From: Spizellomyces punctatus DAOM BR117
Taxonomy: Eukaryota
DNA length: 64,000 bases
Direction: 5' to 3' (one strand)
Assembly: GCA_000182565.2 (NCBI GenBank)
Contig: KQ257455.1
Both the position numbers and the translations under genes were made by a program. The notes beneath the pieces were generated by a model, which saw only the letters and a program-made list of their open reading frames with translations, was not told the origin of the DNA and did not search any database. Positions 26,983 to 39,936 of this stretch are shown here, one piece after another (position 1 is the first letter of the stretch; every line of letters begins with the position of its first letter).

Positions 26983-29563
26983 TCAAAACCTTCCACCAGG
27001 GACATCAGGAATAACATGACACCGATCCACCGGAACATCCGGCTCACCTATCGCCCACTGCTCAAGCGTAATCCACGTCGTATAAAGCATAGCAGCCATC
27101 CCAAACACCACCAACCCCATATCCTTCATTCGGACCCATTTGCTCTGAGCAATATGCGAATGGAACAAGCTGGGATAGATGAAACTGAGGGGTATACACG
27201 CAAAACATCCGACAAGACTGACAAATTTATCGAGGTTGTTGCTGCCGAGCCATGCGACACCGCCTAGACAGAGCATCAAAAAGGCTCTGTAGAGATTTTT
27301 CTGCCATTTGACGAGCGTAGAGTGTTTCCCGTCGCGTAAACCAAAGAGTCCGTGCTCGGTAATGCGAATCGTCGGGTACACAGTCAAAGGAAACGAAAGC
27401 ATGATCGCCACCGCGTAAAAGAATTGCAACATTTGGGTATGCGGGCCTTTGGGTAGGTTCAAAAACACCACCGTCTCGACTTTGGATCCAAAGGTGAGGT
27501 ACCCCATAGCTCCCACAGAAATGAAAATGGCACCAATGACGACAGTACACCACGTCAAGACCATTCCAAATCGCTCTGGTTTCTTCATGGATTCGCCAAT
27601 GGGGAGAATAAGACAAATCCCCTCGAACGCAAACATGGCCGTACCGACAAACAACGGGAACGACTGACTGTTGAACCACACGAGATCCTTCGCGGGTCCA
27701 CGTGTCGAGACCACAAAAACGTCGTGATAGAGAATGTAGGCCAATCCAAGGAGGATAAACACGTCGGCAATCAGAGACGTTATAGAAAAGTGCTTGATGC
27801 GGCGCACCCACGATAACGGGACGTAGACAACCAGTTGAATGATAATAAAAGCCCAATCCGGCCATATCAGTTGACAATCTGACACAATCATCAAAAAGTC
27901 TCGAAGGTTCTGCGCAACGAAAATATAGTATGCACAACAAAAGCCCGCCTAAAGCGATTCACCGTGAGCCTGTTGGACACTTGACAGCAAAAACAAAAAA
28001 ACAAAAGAAAACGTACCTGTGAAATCGCAATTGACCCTAAAACAAGTTGTCGCATCTTTTGGCCATACAAGTGTTCCCCAATATCACCAAACGATCCACC
28101 CAATATCCGGCTTGTTTCCACCAACAAGAGCATGCAGTGCAAAGTCAAAAACCCAATCACCACCAACGTCACGAGCGAAAACGCCATACCGCCATTCGCA
28201 AATGCTTTTGGTAAAAACAGAACCCCTGTCCCGACAAAGGCTTTGAGGACCATAAAAAAGGCTTTTTTGGCCGACGTGCCATGTACAGCAGCAATAGATG
28301 GAGTCCTCGATCGTTGTATGAGCGGTTCATTCTCACCCGCCTCTTCTTCCACATCTGGTTCCATCAACCCGGGCTCGTCATCCTCGTCTACATCCTCAGG
28401 ATAGACATCTCCACCATAGAATCCATACAAGGCAAGGAAATCCAGGAAATTGCGCGTGAGGGCGTTGGGTGGGGGTTTACCTTGTCGTTCGGCTTGTGCG
28501 TGCACAAAATGTCGACGAAAGACGCCAGGTTCGCGGAGTTCGGATGCACGAGGAACGTCCTCATCAATCGCTTGTACGGAGCGAATATCGGGTTCAGAGT
28601 TTCGGCGACGGTGGGAGGAACCATGCTTTTCTTGCCATTGGTAAATATCGCGCGTGACCTCGCCTATATGTATTGATTAGTACCGCATTCCTACACACCA
28701 AAAAAATAACACAATTCTTTGCATTGCAATATTGCGTGCATCTCACTGCATCGACAGATGCAACCTTTATCACATACGCGATACACAGTTTCAATACCTC
28801 TTTGCAATAGTACTTGCATCGACAGACGCCCCTTTTGTCAACAAACAGCAAATCACATTCTCAAAAGCCCAAACCACCCATCCTTCACATTTACACACTT
28901 TCAGAAACTTACCACCAAGCAACCCATGCGAAACCGACCCAACAAAAGACCCAGGCGAAGACGAAAGCGCCCCATCCTCAGGCAAAACCAAATGCTCCGA
29001 AACCAACCTCGCAACATCCGAATCCGTCAGACCATCCTCATCCTCATCTCGATATGATGTTCGACTGCGAGCCGGACTAGGCGAAAACGACCGCGGCGTT
29101 CCATACATTGGATTCAAACCTGATCCACCGCTTCGGCCTCTCATCATTGTGATCCCGTGTGCACTGGCTTGGGATCTGGCCAAGGGGGTTCCGATGACGG
29201 CGGGGATGGAACGCGGGAGGGAGCGGCTAAGAGGAGTGGATTTGGGTGGAGACGAACTCCCCGCAGAGGAAAATGATGATGGAGGTGGAAGCGCCTATCC
29301 AAAATAACGAAAATTCAACATATACAAAAAACAAATGCTTGTAGATTTCTTTCTTTTTTACTTACGGGATGCAAGAACCCACCCACCGTTTTTGACATTG
29401 ACCCATAACTACTCCTTTTCCCCACCGTTGGACTCGCACTCAAACTCTCTGCCAACAAGCTTCGTTTCTGTGGAATGGGTCCAGAAAGCGTGGTGTTGGT
29501 TGTTGGTTCAGGTGATGTGCTTTTGGTTGCGCCATCGGGTGGTGATGGTGGATCAACCGCCAT
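26983..29563 (-). CDS. Vacuolar amino-acid transporter, Avt3/Avt4-like (AAAP family)
   Basis: KAFFMVLKAFVGTGVLFLPKAFANGG, GTAMFAFEGICLILPI, LDKFVSLVGCFACIPLSFIYP; N-terminal Ser-rich region. Confidence 0.9.
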
Positions 29564-30371
29564 GAATAATGCGCTATTGGTGTTTTGGGAGGGTAAAAAA
29601 ATTGTACTGTATCCAAAGAGTAGAGAATGAGGTAAATCAAAGGTGGAAGCAAGGAAATGTACAAGTCCACCTTACAACGAAAGGATTCTGTATGAAAATC
29701 GGCCTTTAACAAAAAAACGTGGGAAAAACTCTCCAACTCGTAAACCCTTCTGCGCGCTCGTGACTCTTCTAAACATACTATGGAGGTGATTGAAAATGGC
29801 ACTAGAACTCATTATTATCTGGCTTATTCTGGTTAATCATATCGCATAATCAGCACCCCCATCTATCGCTCAAAACGGTGTGGCATGCATGTAATGTTTT
29901 TTTTTTTTAAACTGCGGTGAGGCGCATGCCAAAGGTCTATAAAAGGGGGACCTTCTGTCTCCTTCCCCTTTCCTCTTTACCCTCGACTTGCAAAGCATCT
30001 GCCCAACACATCTCAGTCCATCATGAGAGTACTGCTCTGGTGCCGAGGACCTCGTCCGCCCGACAGCAACAGCAATCAGAACCAGCCCAGCCTCGGAACC
30101 AACAAAGCTGCTATTATGCTGCCACATTATTTGAGCTTGGTTGGTATGTATCGATGGCATTTCTTGCATTTCTTGTCATCGGGTCATCTTCTGACATGCA
30201 GTTCTTTATAGTCTCCAAGCCTTGTCACTGAAGATCCTCCAGCTTGCGAGTCTCCCCAATATTGCGAAGACTCTGGCTTCAATGCCATCAAGAGTTCTGG
30301 ATCAAGGCCCAGTAGGAACGCGTGTGGTGGTGGGCAATTATCCGGTTAGAACCAACCGTTACGTATTGCTT

Positions 30372-30497
30372 GTATAATTGCCTAGTAGTAGTTAGTTAAC
30401 TTTTCCGAGCCAGTTCTCGCTGGTTCATTCCCTGGTGTACATAAACCGGCGACAACCGGTTCGGAAAAGCTAACTAACTACTACTAGGCAATTATAC
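30372..30497. mobile_element. MITE-like long inverted repeat (54-bp arms, 5 mismatches, 18-nt spacer)
   Basis: 30372-30425 is the reverse complement of 30444-30497; the outer 27 bp are perfect; termini read TA-TAATTGCC...GGCAATTA-TA. Confidence 0.6.
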
Positions 30498-31314
30498 TGT
30501 AGTAGCTAGTGCCAGTTTCTGTCACCTCTACACTACTAAGCACTGCCAAATGTCCGACAGTTTGGATCCCATAGTGTTCTTTTACTGTGTGCTTTTGTTC
30601 CATTTTTGTTTGTCGGGTTTTTTTTGACAAGATACAAGGCTGCGTACAGGGGATGGATTTGGAGGGCAATTGATAAAGGCTGTCGCTTTGTTTGCGAAAG
30701 CAACGACTGTTTTGGAACGATTCTTGCCAGAGATTGGTTGCAGAAAAGTGTTTATTGTTTATCGTCTTTTGAGAAAAACAGTTTTGGCAATTCCTACAAG
30801 TGTCCACAGCACGAACCCACCATCATGGGAACTGCGTAAGATCCAAGACTAGATAACACATCTCCAAAATACGATATGAACATCTACCCACTCATTCCAC
30901 TCTCCACACCACGAGTCAACCCTTTACTACACTCTCCACAACAACATATCGAACCAAAGTTCAAAAGATATGAATTGCATCCTCACATTCATCCTCACGA
31001 TTCCAAGGTGTCTTAGCCAACCGGACTTTCGCTCCGTCCATCCAACCAGATCAAAAAGGGGGTATAGGGATAATACAAACAACTCAAAAAGCACATGCAA
31101 CCGTTCATAAAAGCTCTGCAACTCACAAAAATCGTTTACACGTCATTTATCAGAATGCTAGAGATTCTAAAAATAGGTATATCCAAGAATAGCATGTTTC
31201 GTTTGACTATATTGCCAAGCCGGAGGTTGGTACATAAGCCGAAAGGTGTTAGCAAAAAAGTAGCAAAAAACTGTTAAAAGGAAAAGAAACCACTTTTATA
31301 AGTAGAGAGTAGTT

Positions 31315-32979
31315 ATGCCTCTCCCGATGCCTCGTTCGTCGAGTATGTCTCGATCATCTAGCATGTCTCGATCGTCTAGCATGCCTCGATCGGCGTCGAC
31401 ACCCGAGTTGAATAAAAAGAGGGAGAAGGAGGTTGGAGGGTATCTCTGGAAGGTAAAAAAAAAAAAAAACCACAAAGAAAAAAGTGGTACTCCCAACCAA
31501 TAACACTAAAAACCGTCAAATCCACTCTTGACAGCGTTCCAAAAACCATCCAACCCGCTGGCTCCGCCGCTACTTTATCCTAACCGACACACACCTAACC
31601 TACGCCCACACACCCACCAGTCCCCCCAAATTCCAACTCGCTCTATCCCAGATTACACGCGTCGTAGCGACTCCCCGTCCCATTAGCGGTATTACAGCCA
31701 ACGTGTTTGATATATGGGTTGCGAATGAGCCGCCTTTGGAGGTGGCGTGTCGGACGAGGGAGGGGATGGAGGAGTGGGTGAGGAATTTGTCGGTGGGGAT
31801 TTTGGGGGATAGGAAGAGGGAGAAGGATTTACCGCCGCTTCCGGCTTTGCCGAGGGAGGTTATGGAGAGGAAACGGGGGGATGCGTCATTGGGTGCGTCG
31901 GTGGGTGCGTCCGTGCAGGTTTCCTCGGTTCCACCCGTGATTCCTCCATTAGGATTCGAAAAAAGAGGAGACCGAAGCAGTGATGCAACTATCACAACCG
32001 AAATGGGCCACCCCATCCCCAATCCCCTCACAAACGATCATACAAGTCTCCGTAGCACCTCCTCCACAAAATCCGTACGACCCAAAATGGAAGCTCTAGA
32101 CGACCTCATTGAACGCATGTTCAAAGAAGCCTCCCTCGTCCTCCGAACCCACGACACCCCAAAACAAAATACAACATGGGATACACCATCCCCACGTATC
32201 GAGAAATCCATCTCAACACCCGATTTGAACAGAGTTGATAATACAAAACGGTTTGGTCATGTCCCGGATGTTCGTATGGAGGGATCTATGAAGCGATCTC
32301 AAACTACTCATCATCGGGTCCTTCCATCGAGANNNNNNNNNNNNNNNNNNNNNNNNNNNNNNNNNNNNNNNNNNNNNNNNNNNNNNNNNNNNNNNNNNNN
32401 NNNNNNNNNNNNNNNNNNNNNNNNNNNNNNNNNGTGTCGCCTAGAGTTTCGCCAAAGGTATCGCCAAAGGTGTCGTCTGTAGACCCGTCTGTGGACCCCT
32501 TGGCGACCATTACAGTGGGACATGTCCCGCCTGTTCCCAATTACCACAACCTTCCTGTAATCACACCACTGACCGTACAACCTCAGCCTCCCACCCCAGC
32601 CTCCCACCCAACCCAACCACCCATCCAACCACCCATCCAACAACAAGTACAGCAACAAGAACCACCCCAAACAAAGACAGCAACAGCAATCCTCCAAAAA
32701 TCCATCTCAATCCTCCAAAAATCCACTCGTCTCCACGCACGCCTCAACACCCCCTCCCCACCCCCCCAAAACACCCACCTAGCAGCCCTCATAAAAGCCC
32801 GTCGAAAAGCCCTAGACGAATACCGAACAGCCACAGAAGACCTCGGACGACGTACAAGAGATTACGTACGGTGTGTTCCCGGGTGGGGAAATACGGCTGC
32901 GGTGGATTTGGTCGAGAGTGTTGAAGTCGTTTTGATGAAGTTGGCCCAGTTGAGAGAGGTTTTTAGTGAGATGGTTTGA
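31315..32979 (+). CDS. PH-domain protein with Pro/Gln-rich region (interrupted by the assembly gap)
   Basis: GGYLWK|RSKNHPTRWLRRYFILTDTHLTY...VFDIWVANEPPLEVACRTREGMEEWVRNL is a PH pattern; intron at about 31453-31534. Confidence 0.72.
31327..31398 (+). repeat. Coding 18-bp tandem repeat, 4 copies (M[PS]RSSS)
   Basis: atgcctcgttcgtcgagt atgtctcgatcatctagc atgtctcgatcgtctagc atgcctcgatcggcgtcg. Confidence 0.85.
32333..32433. other. Assembly gap (N run), flanked on the right by 12-bp VSP[RK] coding repeats
   Basis: Run of N bases; the flanking ORFs are in different frames, so the gap length is probably a placeholder. Confidence 0.99.
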
Positions 32980-33904
32980 AATTTATGGGTGTTTTGGGAG
33001 GTGTTTTTGTTTTTTGTGTGTGAGATTGTGTGAGGAACTCGTCACTCGTTCATGTTAGGAAGGCCCATTGGATAGATTGATATTAGTAAACAATATAGAT
33101 GGACACTTATGAGATAGATTCGGAAAAAGTACATTTACATATCATATTTCCTTTCTCAATATCATACATGTTTTCTTGTCTTTCTTTTTCACTCGTTGTT
33201 TTTTTTGCGTTTATTAAATGTCCATCAACTCAGAGTCCCCAACGACCATGAAATGAAAATGACATTTATTGACGAAACATTTTTCTTTGAGATGTGACGA
33301 TGGCGATATTCTGGTAGTCATTACTTTATATACCTATCCCCATTACTTACGTTCAAGATCAAGTCCAAGAATATCCATGTGCGGTCTCGTGCTTGGGCCA
33401 TTTGGGGTTATAGTTAGCGGGTTGAGTTTGTATGGTGTCATTCATAGAGGTCAACCTGCAAAAAAAACTCCAATATTTGAACATTTGGGCATCCCATGGC
33501 ATACCCAATTGTTGCTCAAGAATATTGATTAATCACCAGTCAAAGAATATTGACCTGGGTTCTCCAAAGGTTGGTCGCCTGCAAAAACCCCAATGTCATA
33601 CTCCACACACAAACTCACACACACATCCAGTATGCTCAATCAAAACCGCCCATCTAAACGATTATAAAGTCAAACAATGCCAACAGGCACCCACACCCAA
33701 AAACGCTCATTATTAACCTGTGATATATTATTATTATTTTATCCCCACCACTTGGTATCCCACGTTCACAGAAAAATGATAGTATACAAATAAAATGTCC
33801 CAAAGTCTATCAAAAGTGCGTGTGTGTATCAGAAAATAAAACCTAAACCGTGGCTGTATCCCCAATTCCCTTGCCCCCAAAATAAGAAAAAAAAAAAGAG
33901 AAAA

Positions 33905-35641
33905 TTAAACGGGAGTTCCCCACCCTTTGCGCGCAGAAACAACCATAATCCGAGGCTTTTCACCTCCCAGCTTGACAACCTTCCAAGCCGGTTTATACCG
34001 ATAAAAGGGTGCAGGACGACGCGACATGCGACGATGCGAAAAGGAAACGTGAGGGTTTGATCCGCATGCAATCAAAATTTTGGACATGACGGGGTCCAGC
34101 ATGGATTTGCGGAGCAAGAGTTCGCCGTGGTGGCGGGTGGGATAGTATAAAACGTCCAAAAGCGTGTCAGAGGTATACGAGTGCTGGGCGTCGAGGTAGG
34201 CCTTGACGCGGGGGGAAGGGACAATGGCGTCGTGGCCGGCCAAGAGGACCGCATTGCGTCCGCCGCGCCCGTCTAGAGTCGGTTGTGGCAATTCGTCGTA
34301 AAATAAAATGTTTTTGGACCAGTGAAAGTGGCGAGAGAGGGAATGCGCAATGTACATTTCGCGCGAGACAAAGTAGCTCATGAGCAGTTCGAGGACCGAG
34401 GTGGGCGGGCGGTACAAAAAGTTGTAGGCAATGGCGGGGTCGCACAAGAGAAAAGTGACGGGATCCAAAAGAACCACTGACGAAACCAGGTTGCGATGGA
34501 GAGGCGATTTGAGGATCCACGAAACCGCAACGGTGCCGAGCGAGTGGGCGACAAAGGTGGCGCGAGGGTGCTTGTCCCGACGGAGCATGCCAGATAGAAA
34601 ACTCAGGGTGTCTGGGATGGTTGGGACTTGCTCTTTTAATTGCATGGAAACGTGGGGCCACTCCAAGAGATAGATGGGGACGTTGCGGGGCAAGCGAGCC
34701 AGGAGCTGGAGGTACGCAGCAAAGCCAATGCCAATGCCGTGGACAAAGACAATGGGGGTAGCACCGAGGGGCGTGGGTTCTGTGGCAGGGCGATACAAGT
34801 ACCTCAGCGTGCCCGTTCCAGCCACATCCATGGGATCGAGGGTCCTGTAGTAAAAGCCCAGCTGGTGGAGCAAGCGGGTCCCGATCGCATTGAGGCATTT
34901 TGTGGCAAGGTAATACACGAGGGGACGGTGCGTTGCTTGGACGGGATCGAGGGTGAGACGGATGCATTTGGCGGCGGGGTTGCTGCCAAGAGGAAAAACA
35001 TGGTCTAAACGCTTTTCAATGAGCGACACCAAGTCATCCACGTGCGCCCGCTTGTCACTGTCGAGGGTATCGACATCCTCATCGAGAAAGGCCCAAGCGA
35101 CCCAGGAATTGATATTGTCTCTCTGAATCTGGTCAAAGGAGATATTGCCCAGAAACCAGCCGGCAATGACACGCTTCATGTCGTTGATGCGTGTTTTTAT
35201 GGGAGAGGCTGCTTCGAGAGCATCGAGACAGCGCACGAGGAGAGCGCGACGGGTGTCTGGGTCCGATGTTGCATGGTACGCTGGGTTCCGTCTCTGGAGG
35301 CGCTTGACTGTCAGCAAGTAGTATGGGAACCAGAGAGTTTCTGCGGCCATCCAAGCAATGAGACTAGCAAAGATAAGCGTGCGAGGGAGAGATTCTTGAG
35401 AAACGATCCATAGCGTCGAGGGACCCCATACCTGTTTGTGTTGATATTAGCATGTGTAAAGCAAAAGTTTAGCATAAAATCCAATGACACTACTTGCCAA
35501 TAGATAAGAAATGAAGAGATATGCAATGGGAGTGATAGCCCGTAACAAGAGAATAATGAATTGACAAGCGAGATAGGCAAGAGAAGAGCGAGACTGTGTA
35601 AAAGAGCGTGCAGCAACGCTATGCACCGCGGGCATTCCCAT
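33905..35641 (-). CDS. Membrane-anchored alpha/beta hydrolase, 2 exons
   Basis: PIVFVHGIGIG, FVAHSLGT (nucleophile), LLDPVTF, AGHDAIVP and RHHG; a hydrophobic exon 1 joins in frame through a GC-AG intron (35432-35497). Confidence 0.85.
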
Positions 35642-35649
35642 CGTGAGAG

Positions 35650-36089
35650 AATGCGAGTGCGAATCAGTGCGATTGCGTGAGAGTGCGTGTGGGAATGCCA
35701 ATGAGCGTGCGAGTGCAAATGAGCGTGGGAATGTGTGTGTGTGAGAGAGAGAGAGTATGTAATAATAATAATAATAATAATAATCTAAAAAGAAGAATGA
35801 GTGTGAGTGAGTGAGAATAAGAAAGAAACAAGAGAAGGTAATACTCACAAAAAGAAAGAAACTCTCTCTACTCTCTCTCTATTGTCGTGTGTGTGTGAGT
35901 GTGAATGAGTGAGTGAGTGAGTGATGATGAGAGAGTTGAAAGTCGCTTGTTGGTCGTTGTTAAAAAGCAACTTGTTCTCTCTCTCTCTCTAGTCTTTCTA
36001 TCGCCCGTTTGTTTTTCTTATTCTCTTCTCTCTCTCTTCTCTCTCTCTCTCTTCTCTCTCTGTGTGTGTGTGTGTGTTTAAATGGGAAT

Positions 36090-36124
<35 letters not shown>

Positions 36125-36420
36125 CTCTTGCCAAGTTTTCTCTTGTTCTTTGTCAAATTTCTTTCACTTTCTCACACACGGCTAAATTCCTCTCTCTCTC
36201 TCTCTCTCTCTCTCTTATTATGGCCATGCTGTCTCTTTATTATTTCATCATCATCTGATCTTTCATTTTTTATTCTATTTATATCTACTACATTTTCACA
36301 TGTCTATTCTTATTATTACATTCACATTTATTGTCATTTATTCACATTTATTTGCTTACATACACGCTTATTGTCTCTACTCTCTTTCTCACGCACTCTT
36401 TTCAATCTCACACATTTCTC
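35650..36420. repeat. Microsatellite cluster: (GA/CT)n, (GT)n, (TAA)n, (GAGT)n
   Basis: Visible directly, e.g. (TAA)n at about 35760-35784 and (CT)n at about 36030-36060, 36093-36121 and 36190-36215. Confidence 0.95.
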
Positions 36421-36422
36421 TC

Positions 36423-38016
36423 ATGACACTCGGACAATCCAGGCCTGGCTCTGACCAGGCATTCCCTCGTCTCGACAGTCGTCATGACACACGCGTAGAA
36501 AAGAGACAGAGCACAATAATGCACAAGGAGTTTGAAGCAATCTTTGGCAAGGTCGCTTGGGAACAAAAGTCTCCGGAACTTGTAAAGAGAAATGTCATTC
36601 AGAAAAAGCATGTTTTGATTGAATTTGGTGACAAGGAGTGGGATCTCGATGAACTTAAACGTGAGTATTTGAACACGAGCCATTCCGAGCGTTGATGAGT
36701 GAGAGGTTATCAGGGGGGATTTGATTCACGGAGGAGGAGCAGCGATGGGCTAATCACTGATTGATCATCGAGAGGAGGACACCTCTCGCGATCGTTTATG
36801 CGCGCAACCCGAATCTCACATCTTGGTCATGAATGTTTTCTTCTTACAGAGGCAGCACTCGACAAGACATCCCTGACCACTGTCACGCGCTCGGTCCGCC
36901 GCATCCTCTCCTCGGCCCTCCTCGACGAATTTCTCGTCAATGGCGCTCTCTACGCAAGGTATGTTGACATCCGCCAAATCATGGCATGTGTCGTATGGAT
37001 GGCATGTGTGATGGGGACTGAGACTCGTTCGCTCAAAACATTTAGGTGGAACGTCTGGACACTCATTTTAGAAAAATCTCGCACAACGCACCGATTAGGG
37101 GCTCTACAAAACCCGCGGGCCGTTGGATTAGGTCCCATTGCAAGGTGCGTATATCCCCTTGGATAACTAAACATAAACAGATGGTTGATGCATGGGGGGG
37201 ACCGTGCTCTACAATGCGAGCAGAAAACGGCATGAATATGCACAGAGGGTTGCGTCACAGTAGGAGATCCCTCGTGCGCTGCAACGCAACCCTTTGCGAG
37301 AAATGAAATTCCCTTTGTGACTTTGCTTACACCCGCCTTCTCACGCCCCCTCTTCGCATAGACACCCCTTGTTCAATGACGAAACCCTCACCCTCCCCCA
37401 AGCCCAGGCAACCCGCACAACAACCCTAAAAGCCTTTTCCCTCTCCTACTGCTTCCTCCTCCTCTTCATCTCCACCCACTCCTCCTCACCCGCCAAAGAA
37501 CGCCTCCACTTTGAACTCGTCTACACCCTCGCCAAAGAAATCATTCCAACCCTCCTCAGCATCCCGAGTCATACACCCATGATTGAACAGGATTTGGATC
37601 GCTTGTTCCGCGGTGGGCTGTTTTGTGGGGAGAGTGTCGGAGTCGTTGAAGACGCTGAGGATCATTATGTGGCCAGATTGTTGAGTGGGGGGTTGGAAAA
37701 AGTTTTGAAATCTCGTCCGCCTAGTTCGAGACGTTCAGTGGTGCGTCCGACGAGTAGTAGTCCTCGATCCCACTATTCCCTTCCAAAACATGCTTGGACA
37801 GCAGCCAGTACAAAGAGTACAAACAGTGATACACCAAAAGACGACACGATAGATCCGTCTCCACCCCCACAACGTCGTACGCCATCTAAACGGAAAATTT
37901 CGTTAAATGCTGTTAGGATGGCGAGATCGCCTTTGGCGGATAGTGTGCTACCACCCCCGCAGCGCTTCTTGTTTGTTCAGACTCGGGGACGGGGTGAGAG
38001 TCTTGTCGGGGTTTAA
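36423..38016 (+). CDS. Hypothetical protein, possibly PPP1R36 (PP1 regulatory subunit 36)-like, 4 exons
   Basis: In-frame splicing via introns 36661-36849, 36959-37045 and 37145-37361; FSLSYCFLLL...ERLHFELVY...IEQDLDRLFRGGLF resembles the PPP1R36 core as I recall it. Confidence 0.55.
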
Positions 38017-38564
38017 CGATTCAGTAAGATTGCAGGAAACCAGTTTTGCTTTAGGGTCCATAGCGTAGGTGTACTAGAGTACAATTTACAGTAGATCCCC
38101 TCCCTTTACAAACACACACACACACACATTGCATGAGTATTGTGTAACACACTTGTAGCATTGTAGTAGTGTTGCAGTACACTGGGTTTCCGTATCAAAA
38201 AAGAACATGTCAAACACTCATTTTTTGACCTTTAACCCCATCAAGATCTTATGCACCCATTGGTACGACCAGCACTGACCAACTGGCCAGGACAAACAAA
38301 ACGCAGAGCACATGATATGGACATTCATTCACGCAAAACAACCTGTTTTATTACGTGCATACAAACTAATATCCAAATTGTGTAAAAATGCCATTTGTCA
38401 TACAAGTGCATAAGCACCTGCAAGTTTGCTACTGTTGTTGTAATTTGCGACCATGACTACCCACGGCCTCCACATGCCAGTATAAACAAACACACAGCAC
38501 ATGATATGGACATACATCCACGAAAAAAAAAAACAGTGTTCTATTACATACATCCAAAGAGAAA

Positions 38565-39936
38565 CTAATATCCAGAGGTGTAAAAATGCCATTTCTCCCA
38601 CAAGGGCTGATAATCCCTCAAAATACCTACCGAAAAAAAACATTTATTAAAAAACTCGCAACAACCACCCAACAACATGAACATACCAGCAAACAAGGAT
38701 ATCAACGGCCTCTTCCTAGCACCCTCCACAAAAGCATCCAACCGTTCTTTTGTAAACCGCTCATAAACGGGATTACGCAACAAGTAGTACAAGAGAAGCC
38801 AGCACCGGCGTTTGGTTTCGTCTTTTTCGAGAGAGGTTTGTGGGCGGTTGAGGGATGCGAGGAGGGATCCGAGTTCGAGGGTTAGGGAAATCAAGTAGGG
38901 TTTATATGATTTAGGTCCGTATCTGCGTAATGTCAAAACTGTAATAAAACGTTAAAAGGGACGTAAAACAACCCAAAAGCGATAACCAAAGTGATATTAA
39001 GAAGAGAAGGAAACATACCATACACCAACGGTCGAAAAATAAACACCCATTCCGCCCACTTGTGACATCCCAACCGATTCAACAAATCCACCGGACTCGA
39101 CGCACGTTCCGTCAAGGCCTTTGATAACAAAAACTGAACTGCTTGGTCGTACCCGCCCTTTTGGGTAATCACGTCAACGTGGACGTGGTGTTTCCCGGTA
39201 CGTTTACCGGTCCATGTACCGGGTTTAGAGGTTGTCGGGGGTTGGATGGTGCTTGGATCGTAGTCGCGTTCAGGAACGGCCGAGTGGAGGAGCATACGGT
39301 TTTGTGAGAGTTTCAAGAGGGCTGTACGGCATACCACTCTGTGAATAATCGGTTAGATGATTCCGTTTTTTACCGCCATCCCATAATTTTCAACAAAACA
39401 CAACACTACGCACTTTATCACCTCAATCCCCAAAACAACTCGTCCCCTCCCTTTTCGTCCCCCCAATTTCCGTGCCCCCATCTCCACCAACACTTCCACC
39501 ATTTGCACCATCGTTAACGTATACGCAACCTTTTTGTACCAACCACCCGATAGCAGCATATGCCGAGTGTATCGGTTGAAATTCGAGGTGGGTGCCTCGG
39601 GGTTTTGTTGGTGGGCTGCGGCAGAGAGGATGGTGTCGTGGTAGAGGGACATTAAATTCACCGTAGCGAAAACTATACAAATGTTAATTGTTTGCAGTCC
39701 CTTTTGAGAAATGATATAATTTAGGGGAACAACTTACTCGCTTCAGAAGCCATATCAGCGTCATTAAATCTCCCTAATAAGGTTGTCAACACTGCGATCC
39801 CATCACAATTCTTCCTCTCGCTCACACCCTAACCTGGTAAAATGTACGTCAAGGACCGCAATCCACTCTCGATCCCGCTAATCTGGGGTGCATTATGCAA
39901 GACAAAGTCTTCGTATTTCTTAACGAGATTCGACAT
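38565..39936 (-). CDS. PEX16: Peroxisomal membrane biogenesis protein Pex16
   Basis: MSNLVKKYEDFVLHNAPQISGIESGLRSLTYILPG|RFNDADMASE, NLMSLYHDTIL, AEWVFIFRPLVY, LLYYLLRNPVYERFTK, ILRDYQPLWEKWHFYTS. Confidence 0.9.

Noticed and set aside
32333-32433. Frame change within the PH-domain gene
   Set aside because: Falls across the N gap, whose length is arbitrary
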